DNA of 64,000 nt from Eledone cirrhosa (GCA_964016885.1 CAXHJY010001097.1:1-64000); one strand, 5' to 3'. Counted from the first letter of the stretch, positions 25,201-37,314 are shown. The notes: generated by a model from the letters alone, not told the origin. Translations and numbers: made by a program.

Positions 25201-26460
25201 TGCCCAACGTGACCATTTAGGTCGCCTGCAATAATTATATAGTCACTGTCAGATATTTGGGAGGTAGTGAGCATCAGTGTCTCATAGAATCTGTCTTTTA
25301 TAGTGCCGGGCAGTCCGGATTGGGGTGCATACGCAGATATTACTGTCACCGTAGTTCTATTGAGGACAAGTCGTATTTTAATTATTCTGTCGTTCACTCT
25401 ATTTACGTCTATTATCTTATCCGCCCACTTTTCTGCTACCATGATTCCTACTCCACCCAGCCCATCGTCGTTTCCCACCCAGAAAAGCTTATAACATCGT
25501 TTTTTACCCTCAATGAATCTAGCAGACCCACCCCTCCACCTGGTCTCTTGAATACAACAAACATCGACCTCCTTACGTTCAAGCATTTCTACAACCTCGT
25601 TAGCGCGCCCCTTTAGGGTGCCCACATTTATGGTACCAACTCTGAAGTTTTGGATCGCGTTTGGAGGGTGGGGGTGGTGTGGGGCGGGGGGAGATGGGGT
25701 TATGTTAGCCATCCGCGGGCGAAACAAAGAAGAGTGCTCGCATTCTCGTCCACGAGGTGAATTTGACTTTAGCATTGGCATTTTCGCTCTGAGCGTCCAG
25801 ATTTTTCTCTCCCTTCCACTCTCCAGGATTCCGCAGTCCGTCCATCCATCCATCATATATCGAAGGCAACCGTGCAAGCGATAGTATAGGCCTCTGGCTT
25901 ATGATTGGTCCGCGTAATAATAATAATGGTGATGCGTGTGGGGGGGGGTCTCTGGCTTATGATTGGTCCACGTATTAAGAATGGTGGTGTGTGGGGGCGG
26001 GTGGGAGGGATGTGGGGTAGCTAGCTGGAAGGTTATGAATGTTTACCAGCGAGTAACAAAAAGCAAAACTGCAAGATTTGTTCTGTTCAATACGACAAAA
26101 ACACCGTATTTAAACCTTAATAAATAACAAAAAATACAGATTTCGGATTTTGCGGGATTGGATGTTTGTACGAAATTGTGGTGTGTGGAGGAGATAGGAA
26201 AAACGTGAACGTTACGATTACATGGTTACACCGTAGTAGGGGTAGTTGAAGCAGCAATTGTTTGGCGAAAGTGAATAAACATGAACGGGAATTTATCTTA
26301 TATATATATGTGTGTGTGTGTGTGTAGCTAAGAGAGAGAGAGAGAGAGTGGGAAGGGGGAGAGAGAGAGAGAGAGAGTGGCTGACCGCAACCCCTCGTGA
26401 AGAAAATGGTGGGTGAAGGGTGTATGAGCGGGATTTTTGACTTTCGAGGTAGCATGATAT
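22243..26460 (-). mobile_element. Full-length RTE-clade LINE (family 1)
   Basis: Intact ORF, ~350-nt 3' UTR, and (GAT)n tail at 22243-22260 in a (TA)n tract. The 5' boundary is approximate. Confidence 0.9.
22599..25877 (-). CDS. RTE LINE ORF: apurinic endonuclease + reverse transcriptase with inserted PHD finger
   Basis: APE motifs GTINV, IQETRW, SAYAPQ, GDLNGHVG, SQHR; RT motifs YRGIKL, FVDLEKALD, HQGSVLSPLLF, YADD, FRYLG; RTE C-terminus RRLRWYGHV..GRPRKTW. The true start may be a downstream ATG. Confidence 0.95.
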   Translation of the reverse strand: MHGCLRYMMDGWTDCGILESGRERKIWTLRAKMPMLKSNSPRGRECEHSSLFRPRMANITPSPPAPHHPHPPNAIQNFRVGTINVGTLKGRANEVVEMLERKEVDVCCIQETRWRGGSARFIEGKKRCYKLFWVGNDDGLGGVGIMVAEKWADKIIDVNRVNDRIIKIRLVLNRTTVTVISAYAPQSGLPGTIKDRFYETLMLTTSQISDSDYIIIAGDLNGHVGQHCDGYDEIHGGYGFGTRNEEGSRILEFCDANNLTICNTNFKKRDNHLITYRSGEHTSQVDYILTRRRDRVSVVNTKSLPHEECTSQHRLIISDLIVRSRRTRQQKRTILRRKIWKLKDPTAKNKFQNILLDAFDSKEEHLESDNIEGQWEFLKANLLLATDEVCGWSRPVGRRRVTWWWNSKVEESIKAKKQAWKVWRDGGSRVDYQVARREARREVYLARREAEERKFKHVLQRDDQKREVFRIARQCVKENRDIVGEKCVLNDDGILAITDTDKKAAWKCHYERLLNEENKWEKDSLPHVDPIEGPAVLVEGSIISKAIKDMKTGKAAGPSEIVAEMLKASGTVGHTMVTRIVNQVVQNGVVPKDWHSSIIVNCYKGKGDALDRSNYRGIKLIDQVMKVTEKVIAQLIRERIDLDEMQFGFVSGKSTTDALFIVRQLQEKYLAKGKPLYLAFVDLEKALDRVPRSIIWWALRKLGVDEWLVRAIQAMYKETVSKVRINNEYSEEFSVKVGVHQGSVLSPLLFIIALQAITEEFKTGCPWELLYADDLTLIAESMAELEKKFQTWKHGLESKGLKINLAKTKVLVCRKENKAAVPSGKWSCSVCRKGVGRNSILCPKCKVWVHKRCSGITGKLTKNIDFTCGRCSGAISSSKCPHNTSSFNCAEGSIEIVDSFRYLGDKISSGGGCSESTVARVRTGWKKFRELIPLLAAKGFSLKMKSRLYDACIRTAMLHGSETWALCAEDIRRLERNEACMLRWMCNSNIRERQSINELRKKLEIRGIRCCLLERRLRWYGHVMRMKVDSCITKCRAIKIDGSHGIGRPRKTWDELINSDLTHLHLSKTMSLDRDLWRYSVTEKTRLASRHL

Positions 26461-26606
26461 ATATATTTAAAGTAAATTATAAGAAGTAGAATGGAAAGGA
26501 TTTTGTTGTTTTTTGTTTTTTTGTTTGAGAATACGATAGAATTAGGGAATTGGAGGATACGATAGAATTAAGAATGGGAAGGATTTTGTTTTTTTGTTTA
26601 TATATA

Positions 26607-26730
26607 TATTAAAATAACAGATTAAAGTTTAAGCAAAGAATCGCTGCTTTCACCCTTAACAGGATCCTCTGAAACTCCCGTTAAGGGTGAAAGCAGCGAT
26701 TCTTTGCTTAAACTTTAATCTGTTATTTTA

Positions 26731-26733
<3 letters not shown>
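26607..26733. repeat. Perfect 54-bp inverted repeat (fold-back) in (TA)n, probable Penelope-like remnant
   Basis: tattaaaataacag...cacccttaac / gttaagggtg...ttttaata around a 19-nt loop. The right arm has a stem followed by GAAA. Confidence 0.75.
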
Positions 26734-26775
<42 letters not shown>

Positions 26776-26941
26776 CAAAGGTATATTTAATTTGTTGATT
26801 ATTCAACAAATTTATTTATAACAGATTCGAAGCACTCTCCAGTATTCTTCTGGAGTTTTATATCAATGATATTAAGGAATGGAAACTATCTTTAAAATAA
26901 AATACAAAATAAAATAAATATATATCATTTATATATAACAT

Positions 26942-26986
<45 letters not shown>

Positions 26987-26990
<4 letters not shown>

Positions 26991-27126
26991 AACAGCGTCA
27001 AGACCCCGACGGCTGAGCTCCAGGCATTTTGACAGCTAGATCCGAACTCACCAACTTCACTACACTAAATATTGAGTACTCTGGTGCGTTATAGTCCACC
27101 TGATACCTTACTACACTTTCTTTGTT
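26987..27126 (+). mobile_element. Family B element with the right arm deleted (related copies at ~32308-32440, ~46260-46390, ~57479-57610 and inverted at ~40828-40946)
   Basis: Left arm agaccccgacggctgagctc joined directly to the family B tail (tattgagtactctggtgcgttata). Confidence 0.65.
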
Positions 27127-27157
27127 ATATATACATAGATGAATATGTATGTATATA

Positions 27158-27531
27158 TCATCATCATCATCATCATCATTTTACGTCCACTTTTCCCTGC
27201 TTGCAAGGGTGGGACGGGAACTGCTTCTGGCTTGATTTCTACAGCTGGGTGCCCTTCCGAACACCAACCTCATTTACTGTGTGGGCTGGGTGCCTACACG
27301 TCCTCTTTACAGTGTCAAATGGGTGCTTTTTTGCCATGGCACCTCCACGACCACTTTGCAGTGGAATGATATGGACCCCAGTCTATCATCTCATTTCTAC
27401 AGCTGAGTAAACTGGAGCAGTGTGAAATAAAGTGTCTTGCTCAAGGAAACAACACATCACCTGTCTGAGAATTGAACTCACAACCTTTCGATTGCAAGCC
27501 CAATTCTCTACCCACTAAGCAACGTGCCTCC
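27158..27531 (-). mobile_element. Full-length tRNA-derived SINE with RTE-derived 3' end
   Basis: Minus strand: A/B boxes (ttgcttagtgggtagag...gagttcaattct), CORE-like ccttgagcaagacacttt, LINE 3' UTR module and (GAT)n tail. Truncated copies at 30087-30370, 38990-39275 and 53397-53680. Confidence 0.8.
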
Positions 27532-27699
27532 ATATACATATATATATATATATTTTGAGTATATGTTGGTTGTGTACCAACACCTCAGTATGCAGGCTGG
27601 AGCACTCGACGAAGTGCGCAGGTTGGTTTGTTTACTCCGGAGTAATGTAAAATAAAGTTAAATAAAAAGTCAAATGTTTAAAATTTAGCTTCGTTTATT

Positions 27700-27754
27700 A
27701 CTGCTATATATATTTCAGTGACAGCCATCTTTGGCTGTGACCTCTTCAGGCAGT
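27700..27754 (-). ncRNA. Minimal type I hammerhead ribozyme (family A)
   Basis: Reverse complement of 27975-28029. Confidence 0.85.
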
Positions 27755-27974
27755 CCGAATTAGTATGGTATAGACAAGTACTTATGTTGTCGAGGTGTAT
27801 AATATTGTCAATACTCTGATATGCCCAGTTCCTTGTTGGGTTGTTATTTCACTGAGGATATGATTCCAGTTCCTCAGTGAAATAACAACCCAACCAGGAA
27901 CTGGGCATATCAGAGTATTGACAATATTATACACCTCGACAACATAAGTACTTGTCTATACCACACTAATTCGG

Positions 27975-28029
27975 ACTGCCTGAAGAGGTCACAGCCAAAG
28001 ATGGCTGTCACTGAAATATATATAGCAGT
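27975..28029 (+). ncRNA. Minimal type I hammerhead ribozyme (family A)
   Basis: ACTGC-CTGAAGA-GGTCACAGCC aaagat GGCTGTCACT-GAAA-T ATAT A-TA-GCAGT. Stem I ACTGC/GCAGT, 10-bp stem II with one mismatch, palindromic stem III, AUA cleavage site. Confidence 0.85.
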
Positions 28030-28074
28030 AATAAACGAAGCTAAATTTTAAACATTTGACTTTTTATTTAACTT

Positions 28075-28122
<48 letters not shown>

Positions 28123-28167
28123 TATATATATATATATATATCATATATATACATATATATATATATA

Positions 28168-30027
28168 TCATCATCATCATCATCATCATCATCGTTTAAG
28201 GTCCATATTCCACGCTTGCATGGGTTTGGACGGGAGTTTTCCATCTTGAGGCAAGAGTGGTTGTCTTGCTCGTATAGGACTGTCTGGCGGGTTTTCTATG
28301 GCTGGATCCCCTTCCTAACACCAACCACATTTACAGTGTGGAACTGGGAGGTTTTTACCGTGTTACCTACACGGCCACATTACAGCCTGGACTGTGTGTT
28401 TTTTTGTCGTGACACCTACAGGACCTCATTTGTTTTGGGCTGGATGTTGTGGTACCAACATAACTTTACAATGAAAGATGTGGTGTGGATGGGGTTGGGG
28501 TAGTGGGACGTGGGTGTATTTTGTTAGAGGTACCTACTGACTGTAGTAGGTTTCACTTTGTACTTAGATAAGGCGGGTCTTCTCTATTACTGTGTAGTGC
28601 CAAAGCTCTCGGTCCAGTGACATTGTCTTGGAGAGGTTTAAGTGTGTGAGGTCGGAATTTATCAAGTCGTCCCAGGTTTTTCTGGGTCTGCCTACTCCGT
28701 GGCTACCGTCTATTTTTATTGCCCTGCACTTTTTTATACAGCTGTCGTCTTTCATGCACATCACGTGACCATACCAATGTAGTCTTCTCTCGAGTAAACA
28801 ACATCTGAACCCTCTTATTTCTAATTTCTCCCTTAGTTCGTTTATGCTTTGACGTTCACGTATATTACTATTACACATCCAGCGGAGCATGCAAGCTTCG
28901 TTTCTCTCCAGTCTGCGTATATCCTCTGCACACAATGCCCAGGTCTCACTGCCATGCAACATTGCTGTTCGTATGCAGGCATCATACAGCCTGCCTTTCA
29001 TTTTTAGAGAGAACCCTTTAGCGGCTAATAGTGGTATAAGCTCTCTGAACTGTTCCCATCCAGTTCTGACTCTAGCAACTGTACTTTCAGAGCACCCTCC
29101 CCCACTGCTGATTTTGTCACCCAAGTAATGGAAGGTGTCCACTATTTCTATAGAACCATCTGTGCAATGGAATGAGCTAGTATTCTGTTGGCACTTGCTG
29201 CTACATATTGCACCAGAGCACCGGCCACATATAAAATCTATATTCTTAGTTAGCTTACCTGTGATCCCACTACATCTTTTATGCTCCCATACTTTGCATT
29301 TGGGACATAAAATGGAGTTTCTACCTAGTCCTTTCCTACACACTGAGCATGTCCATTTCCCAGATGGGACCAGTGCCCTATTTTCCTTCCTACAAACTAG
29401 AACTTTAGTCTTAGACAGGTTAATTTTAAGGCCTTTTGATTCTAGGCCATGCTTCCATGTTTGGAATTTCTTCTCTAGTTCAGCCATTGATTCAGCTATG
29501 AGCGTTAGATCATCTGCATATAGGAGTTCCCATGGGCAGCCGGTCTTGAACTCCTCTGTTATAGTCTGAAGGGCAATAATAAATAGTAGGGGGCTAAGGG
29601 CGGAGTCCTGATGAACACCAACTTTTACATTAAACTCTTCACTATATTCATTGTTAATTCTAACCTTGCTGACTGTTTCTTTATACATGGCTTGTATAGC
29701 TCTCACAAGCCATTCATCAACACCGAGTTTTCTAAGAGCCCACCAGATAATGGAACGGGGTACTCTGTCAAAGGCTTTCTCCAAGTCAACAAAAGCTAAG
29801 TATAGGGGTTTACTTTTAGCTAGGTACTTCTCCTGTAGTTGTCGTACAATGAAAAGAGCGTCTGTTGTACTTTTACCTGACACAAACCCAAACTGCATTT
29901 CGTCTAGATCAATCCTCTCTCTGATTAGTTGCGCTATTACTTTTTCTGTGACCTTCATGACCTGGTCGATTAATTTAATGCCTCTATAGTTACCCCTATC
30001 TAGGGCATCTCCTTTACCCTGTAGCAG

Positions 30028-30030
<3 letters not shown>
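28168..30030 (-). mobile_element. 5'-truncated RTE LINE (family 1-like), ORF remnant 28564..29958, unexpanded 3' UTR
   Basis: 464-aa RT+PHD remnant with a QGS>QDS change. Same truncation point as the copies ending at 38919 and 53328. Confidence 0.92.
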
Positions 30031-30058
<28 letters not shown>

Positions 30059-30367
30059 AATATATATATATATATGAATATATGAGTTCTACAGCTGGAT
30101 GCCCTTCCTAACACCAACCTCATTTACAGTGAGTGCTGGGTGCCTACACGTCCACTCTACAGTGTTGGATGCCATGGCACCTCCAAGACCACTTTGCAGT
30201 GGAATGATAGGGACCCCAGTCCCTATCATCTCATTTCTACAATTGAGTAAACTGGAGCAATGTGAAATAAAGTGTCTTGCTCAAGGAAACAACACATCAC
30301 CCGGTCTGAGAATTGAACTCACAACCTTTCGTTTGCAAGGCCAATGCTCTAACCACTAAACCATGTG

Positions 30368-31279
<912 letters not shown>

Positions 31280-32186
31280 TGTATGTATAGTATATTTGGT
31301 GATATACTGTATGTTTAATTATAAACATTTTGAAGAGCTTGTGCTATTATTTTAAAGTAGTGACTATGTCATTTACTTCTTTTTTCAGCAAAGGAAGGGA
31401 CATAAACTGACAGATCTATTTTACACTTATTTACATTGCAGAGTGTAATTTATATCTATAGATAACAGTTTATCTATAGATTTATTTCTATAGATCAAAT
31501 TCTTTGTCTTTCTGTTTCTCTGTCTGTTCTTATGCATTCTCAAAAGGTGACAAAATCAAATGGAATTTTACAAGGTAAAAGGATTAGACCCCCCAGGGTG
31601 TATCAACCTGTAATTTATAATTTCATTTGGATTAAAATAATATATTTGATCTAAAATAATCCTTCTATAGTGAACTATAGTAAACCATGACGACGACACG
31701 TATGTGTCTGCCTGTGTGTGTGTGTGTGTGTGTGTGTGTGAGTGTGTGTGTGTCAATGTGAATGGTAGCGAATTTGTTAAATATGGTAGGCCTCAGAGAA
31801 TTCAACACACATCATCATCATCATTCGTCTACTACTGTCGAGATGATGGATCTCACTCTCATGCCCCAGAATTCCGTCCCCCATGTAATGTACAGCTACT
31901 ACAATTATTCAACAAATTTATTTATAACAGATTCGAAGCACTCTCCAGTATTCTTCTGGAGTTTAATATCAATGATATTAATAAATGGAAACTATCTTTA
32001 AAATAAGCTATAAAATAAAATAAATATATATTTTAGTATATGTTGAGTATATGTTGGTTGTTCGAATTCATATAATTCCAGTTCCTCAGAAAAATAACAA
32101 CCCAACCAGGAGCTGGACATATCGGAGTATTGATGGAGTAGAACACTTTAACAACATGTGCACCTGTCTCTACCACACCAATTCGA

Positions 32187-32241
32187 ACTGCCTGAAGAGG
32201 TCACAGCCAATGATGGCTGTCACCGAAATATATATAGCAGT
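32187..32241 (+). ncRNA. Minimal type I hammerhead ribozyme (family A)
   Basis: ACTGC-CTGAAGA-GGTCACAGCC aatgat GGCTGTCACC-GAAA-TATATATA-GCAGT. Confidence 0.88.
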
Positions 32242-32736
32242 ACATCTTTAATAAACGAAGCCAAATCTTAAATATTTGACTTAATTACTTTATTTTATAT
32301 ATATATATAGGAACAGCGTCAAGACCCCGATGGCTGAGCTCCAGGCGTTTCGACAGTTAGATCCGAACTCACCCACTTCACTACACTAAGTATTGAGTAC
32401 TCTGGTGCGTTATAATCCACCTTACCACACTTTCTTTGTTATATATACATAGATGAATATGTATATATTCTCTATACGCTTGCATATGTACTACTAGTGT
32501 CCTCGTTTTTCCCGAGCAACTCTACCTTAATGCCTCTCTAATTTCTGTTGCATGCATTCCACTCTGTGCCTTTTTAACTTTTAATTTTTAATTTTAATTA
32601 CTGTACAATTCTCTTGAAATCTATGTCGCATCCATTCCACTCTGTAAATTCGAAACTGTTCTTGGCAACATTAATATCCATGTATCTATATGATTGTTCA
32701 GTTGAATAGGAGGTTATTTATATGTACAAACATTGC

Positions 32737-32789
32737 TAATGCTCCGATGATTCCAAACGATAGTTTGGAAGAAACGATTATCAGCATTA
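32737..32789 (+). ncRNA. Degenerate minimal type I hammerhead (family E)
   Basis: TAATGCT-CCGATGA-TTCCAAAC gata GTTTGGAA-GAAA-CGATTATC-AGCATTA. Stems I and II are perfect, with U4>C and a mispaired stem III. Confidence 0.6.
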
Positions 32790-32837
32790 AAATGATTTGG
32801 ACATAGCTTTGATTATTGTGTAATTTATATATATACA

Positions 32838-32868
<31 letters not shown>

Positions 32869-33131
32869 TATTTTTAACATAAAAACAGGTAGAATTCCCA
32901 AAACTAATCAGATCAGAGCAAACAGCACGGACACTCTATCTCAAAATTATTTTTGAAAAGCATTTAGAAATGCGCAACCGGTAAAAACTTAAAAACTTAA
33001 AACCACAACTGAATACTAACCCATACAATCACTAATACTCTTTTATTCCTAATTAAACCATTTTTCAACTGTGAACAATTTGTCAGCATTTTCTATTCCG
33101 TTTACCAATATATATATATATATATATATAT

Positions 33132-33757
33132 ACTGGTAGAGAATGTTGAGAAGCCAGAGGGGATCACTAATGTAGGCAGAAAGCTGCTAGAATTGGTTGA
33201 GGACTTCTTGTATTTGGGAGCAAAGATTGGGAATACGGAAGATGATGTGGTTGAGAGGAAGAGCAAAGCATGGGTGGCGTGCCACAGCTTGAGATCGATG
33301 TGGAAATCGGACCTTCGTAAAGACCTGAAAATCCGCCTCTTCATTGCTGTAGTGGAGTCTGTGCTGCTGTACGGGTCTGAGACTTGGACACTGACCGTGA
33401 AACTCACTCAGATGCTTGATGGGTGCTACACGAGAATGCTGAGGATGGCTCAGAACATTAATCAGTATACACTGAGGATGAAAAACTCAGAGATGTATGG
33501 GAGCCTCCCAAAAGTCAGCTCAAAAGTGACACAGAGGAGACTGAGGTTAGCTGGACATGCTCACCGATATCCAGAGTTGACATTGCACTCAGTGTTCCTT
33601 TGGGAGCCCCTACATGGACACACTGGAAGAGGAAGACCAAGGTTAACTATGTTAATGCCCTAAGGTCTGTTGGAGACGTAGAACATGGCAGCGATAATGA
33701 GGGACAGAGACCGCTGGAGAGAACTCATCCATGGATCTCGGGAATTTTACCTGCTCT
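33132..33757 (+). mobile_element. 5'-truncated RTE LINE of a PHD-less family (copies at ~46667-47292 and ~57964-58589)
   Basis: [11 protein letters not shown]...[11 protein letters not shown]...RRLRLAGH...GRGRPR. Confidence 0.85.
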
Positions 33758-33779
33758 ATATATATATATATATGTGTGT

Positions 33780-34612
33780 GCGTGATGTATATGAGCTTGC
33801 ATCTTCTGATGGATGTGTAATAGTAATATATGTGAACGCCAAAGCATAAACGAACTGAAAGAGAGACTAAGCATAAGAGGAATGAAATGTTGTGTGCAGG
33901 AGGTTGTGTTGGTATGAATCTGTGATGTGTATGAAGGGTGACAGCTGCATAAAAAGGTTCAGAGCGCTCAATTTGATGGAAGCCAGGAAGACTTGGAATG
34001 AGGCGATAAAAGCTGACCTTGCCCAATTGCACCTCTCAATGGCAGAGGACCAAGATCTCTGGTGTAACGTAATAATACAGTAAACCTCACTTCCCACAGG
34101 CCCAGGCCGAGCCTGAAGCATATATACAGTGTGAAAAACACCACCTAACCCACCCACCCCCATACATCTTCCATGAGGACAGGCTGAAGTACCCATCTAG
34201 TGAAGCCCATATCCCACACTATAAAGTGTTTGTGTAGGTGTCATAACAAAAAACACACAGTCCACACTGTAAAGTGGTCATGTAGGTGTCATAACAAAGC
34301 ACCCAGTCCACACTGTAAAGTGGTTGTGTAGGTGTCATGACATAAACACACAGTCTACACTGTAAAGTGGTTGTCTAGGTGTCACAACAAAAAACACCCA
34401 GTCCACACTGTAAAGTGGTCATGTAGGTGTCATGACAAAAAGGAGCCAACCACACTGTAAATAAGGTTGGTGTTAGGAAGGACATCCAGCTGTAGAATGA
34501 GCTAAAATCAGTTTTGTACGAACAAGACATGGTCACCAGACTTGCCCACAACAAGACAACAAGTCTAACCCATGCTAGTGTGGAATAATGGATGTAAACC
34601 AGTGATGATGAT
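33780..34612 (+). mobile_element. Decayed 3' end of RTE family 2 with five 48-bp units in its 3' UTR (copies at ~47315-48165 and ~58612-59465)
   Basis: Similar to 44520-45170. Five tandem units at ~34213-34460. Confidence 0.8.
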
Positions 34613-35024
34613 CTACTCTGTCATATATATTGACATGATGATTCTGTCATAGAATTACAATAAACACATGTATGGTTGTGGAATACTCAGCCATAAACAT
34701 ATTATTTGTGGTGTGTTAGTATATGTGTGTGAGTGTAAGTTACTCTGTATGTGTGTGTGGTAGAATGAATGTACGTACGTGCTGTGTGTCTTCTCTAATA
34801 TATCAATATGAAGAGAACACTTGACCTTACCTAATCAATGTTTTGTTCAAAGTCAAGATACAGTTTTGTTTCACAATAAACAACTTTGATAACATTCTAT
34901 TTAAGTTTTTGTCTATATCAATCTGTCATCATCATCATCAACAACTTTTCATTCAGCCATCTAATGGGACAGTTAAGCTCCAGCTAGCATGTTAAAAGCT
35001 GGATGTCCTTCCTAATGCCACCCT

Positions 35025-37314
35025 CATTTACAGTGTGGACTGGGTGCTTTTTGTCATGACAACTACATGACAATTTTACAGAGTGGACTGAGTGCTTTTT
35101 GTCATGTCACCTACAGAACCACTCTAGAGTGTGGACTGGGTGCTTTTTGTCATGACAACTACATGACCATTTTACAGAGTGGACTGGGTGCTTTTTGTCA
35201 TGACACCAGCACATCAACTTTACAGAGTGGACTGGGTTCTTTTTGTTGTGACACCAACACAACCACTTTACAGATTGGAATGGGTGCTTTTTGTTGCGAA
35301 ACCTACTCATCCACTTTACAGTGTGGAATGGGTACTTTTGTTGTGACACCTACACAACCACTTTACAGAGTAGACTGTGTGTTTTTGTCGTGACACCTAC
35401 ATGACCACTTTACAGAGTGGACTGGGTGCTTTTTGTCATGACACATACACAACCACTTAACAGAGTGGACTGGGTGCTTTTTCGTGACACCTACATGACC
35501 ACTTTACAGTGTAGACTGGGTGCTTTTTCTCAGGACATCTACATAACTACTTTACAGTGTGGACTGGGTGCTTTTTGACATGTCACCTACACAACCACTT
35601 TACAGTGTGGACTGGGTGCTTTTTGCATGACACCTACACGACCACTTTACAGAGGAGACCGGGTGCTTTTTGTCATGACACCTACACATCCACTTTACAG
35701 TGTAGACTTGGTGCTTTTTGTCATGACACCTACACAACCACTTTATAGTCTGGACTGGGTGCTTTGTTGTGACACCTACACAAACACTTTAGGGAGTGGA
35801 CTGGGTTCTTTTTGTCATGACACCTACATGACGACTTTACAGAGTAGACTGGGTGCTTTTTTTGTGACACCTATATGACCACATTACAGTGAGTAGTGGG
35901 TCCTTCTTGTCATGACATCTACACAACCACATTACAGTGTAGGCTGGGTGCTTTTTGTCATGACACGTACATGACACTTTACAGAGTGGACTGGGTGCTT
36001 TTTGTAATGACACCTACACAACCACTTTACAGAGTGGACTGGGTGCTTTTTGTTGTGACACCTACACAACCACTTTACAGAGTGGACTGGGTGCTTTTTG
36101 TCACAACACCTACATGACCACTTTACTGAGTAGACTGGGTGCTTTTTTGGTGACACCTACATGACCACTTTACTGAGTAGACTGGGTGCTTTTTGTCATG
36201 ACACCTACATGACCACTTTACAGTGTGGACAGGGTGCTTTTTGTCATGACACCTACACAACCACTTTACAGTGAGGACTTGGTGCTTTGTGTCATGACAC
36301 CTACATGACCACTTTACAGTGAGGACTGGGTGCTTTTTGTCATGACACCTACATGACCACTTTACACTGAGGACTGGGTGCTTTTTGAAATGACACCTAC
36401 ATGACCACTTTACAGTGTGGACTGGTTGCTTTTTGTCATGACACCTACATGACCACTTTACAGTGTGGACTGGGTGCTTTTTGTCATGACACCTACACAA
36501 CCACTTTACAGAGTGGACTGGGTGCTTTTTGTCACAACACCTACATGACCACTTTACAGGGTGGACTGGGTGCTATTTGTCATGACACCTACATGACCAC
36601 TTTACAGAGTAGACTGGGTGCTTTTTTTGTGACACCTACATGACCACTTTACTGTGTGGACTGGGTGCTTTTTATCATGACACCTACACAACCACTTTAC
36701 AGGGTGGACTGGGTGCTTTTTGACATGACACCTACATGACCACTTTACAGTGAGGACTGGGTGCTTTTTGTCATGACACCTACATGACCACTTTACAGTG
36801 TGGACTAGGTGCTTTTTGTCATGACACCTACACAACCCCATTACAATGTAGACTGAGTGCTTTTTGTCATGACACCTACATGACCACTTTACAGAGTGGA
36901 CTAGGTGCTTTTTGTCATGACACCTACACAACCCCATTACAATGTAGACTGAGTGCTTTTTGTCATGACACCTACACAATCACTTTACAGTGTGGACTGG
37001 GTGCTTTTGGTTCTGACACCTACATGACCACTTTACAGAGTGGACTGTGTCCTTTTTGTTGTGACACCTACACAACCACTTTACAGTGTCGACTGGGTGC
37101 TTTTTTGTTGTGACACCTACACAACCACTTTACAGGGTGGACGGGGTGCTTTTTGTTGTGACACCTACATGACCACTTTACAGTGTGGACTGGATTTTTT
37201 TGTTGACACCTACATGACCACTTCACAGTGTGGACTGGGTGGTTTTTGTCGTGAAACCTACATGACCACTTTACAGTGTGGACTGGGTGCTTTTGTCATG
37301 ACACCTACACGACC
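35025..37314. repeat. 48-bp satellite array (GACACCTACATGACCACTTTACAGTGTGGACTGGGTGCTTTTTGTCAT), ~48 units
   Basis: 48-nt period (e.g. 36301 vs 36349), embedded in the LINE 3' UTR. Confidence 0.95.

Larger units (their letters stand above)
27553..28081 (-). mobile_element. Penelope-like element, family A: 211-bp inverted pLTR pair + ~95-nt tail, in (TA)n
   Basis: Arms 27648-27858 and 27871-28081 are near-perfect reverse complements, each with a hammerhead. Confidence 0.75.

Noticed and set aside
22675-25884. Short ORFs antisense to the LINE ORFs (also 42187-44736 and others)
   Set aside because: Shadow frames of the RT coding strand.
27031-27041. 11-mer GACAGCTAGAT shared by family B stem II and the 21-bp minisatellite unit
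   Set aside because: Too short to support common origin.
35025-37314. CRISPR-like array (also 48576-51723, 59877-64000 and 12809-15302)
   Set aside because: Units are contiguous with no unique spacers, there are no cas genes, and the context is eukaryotic.
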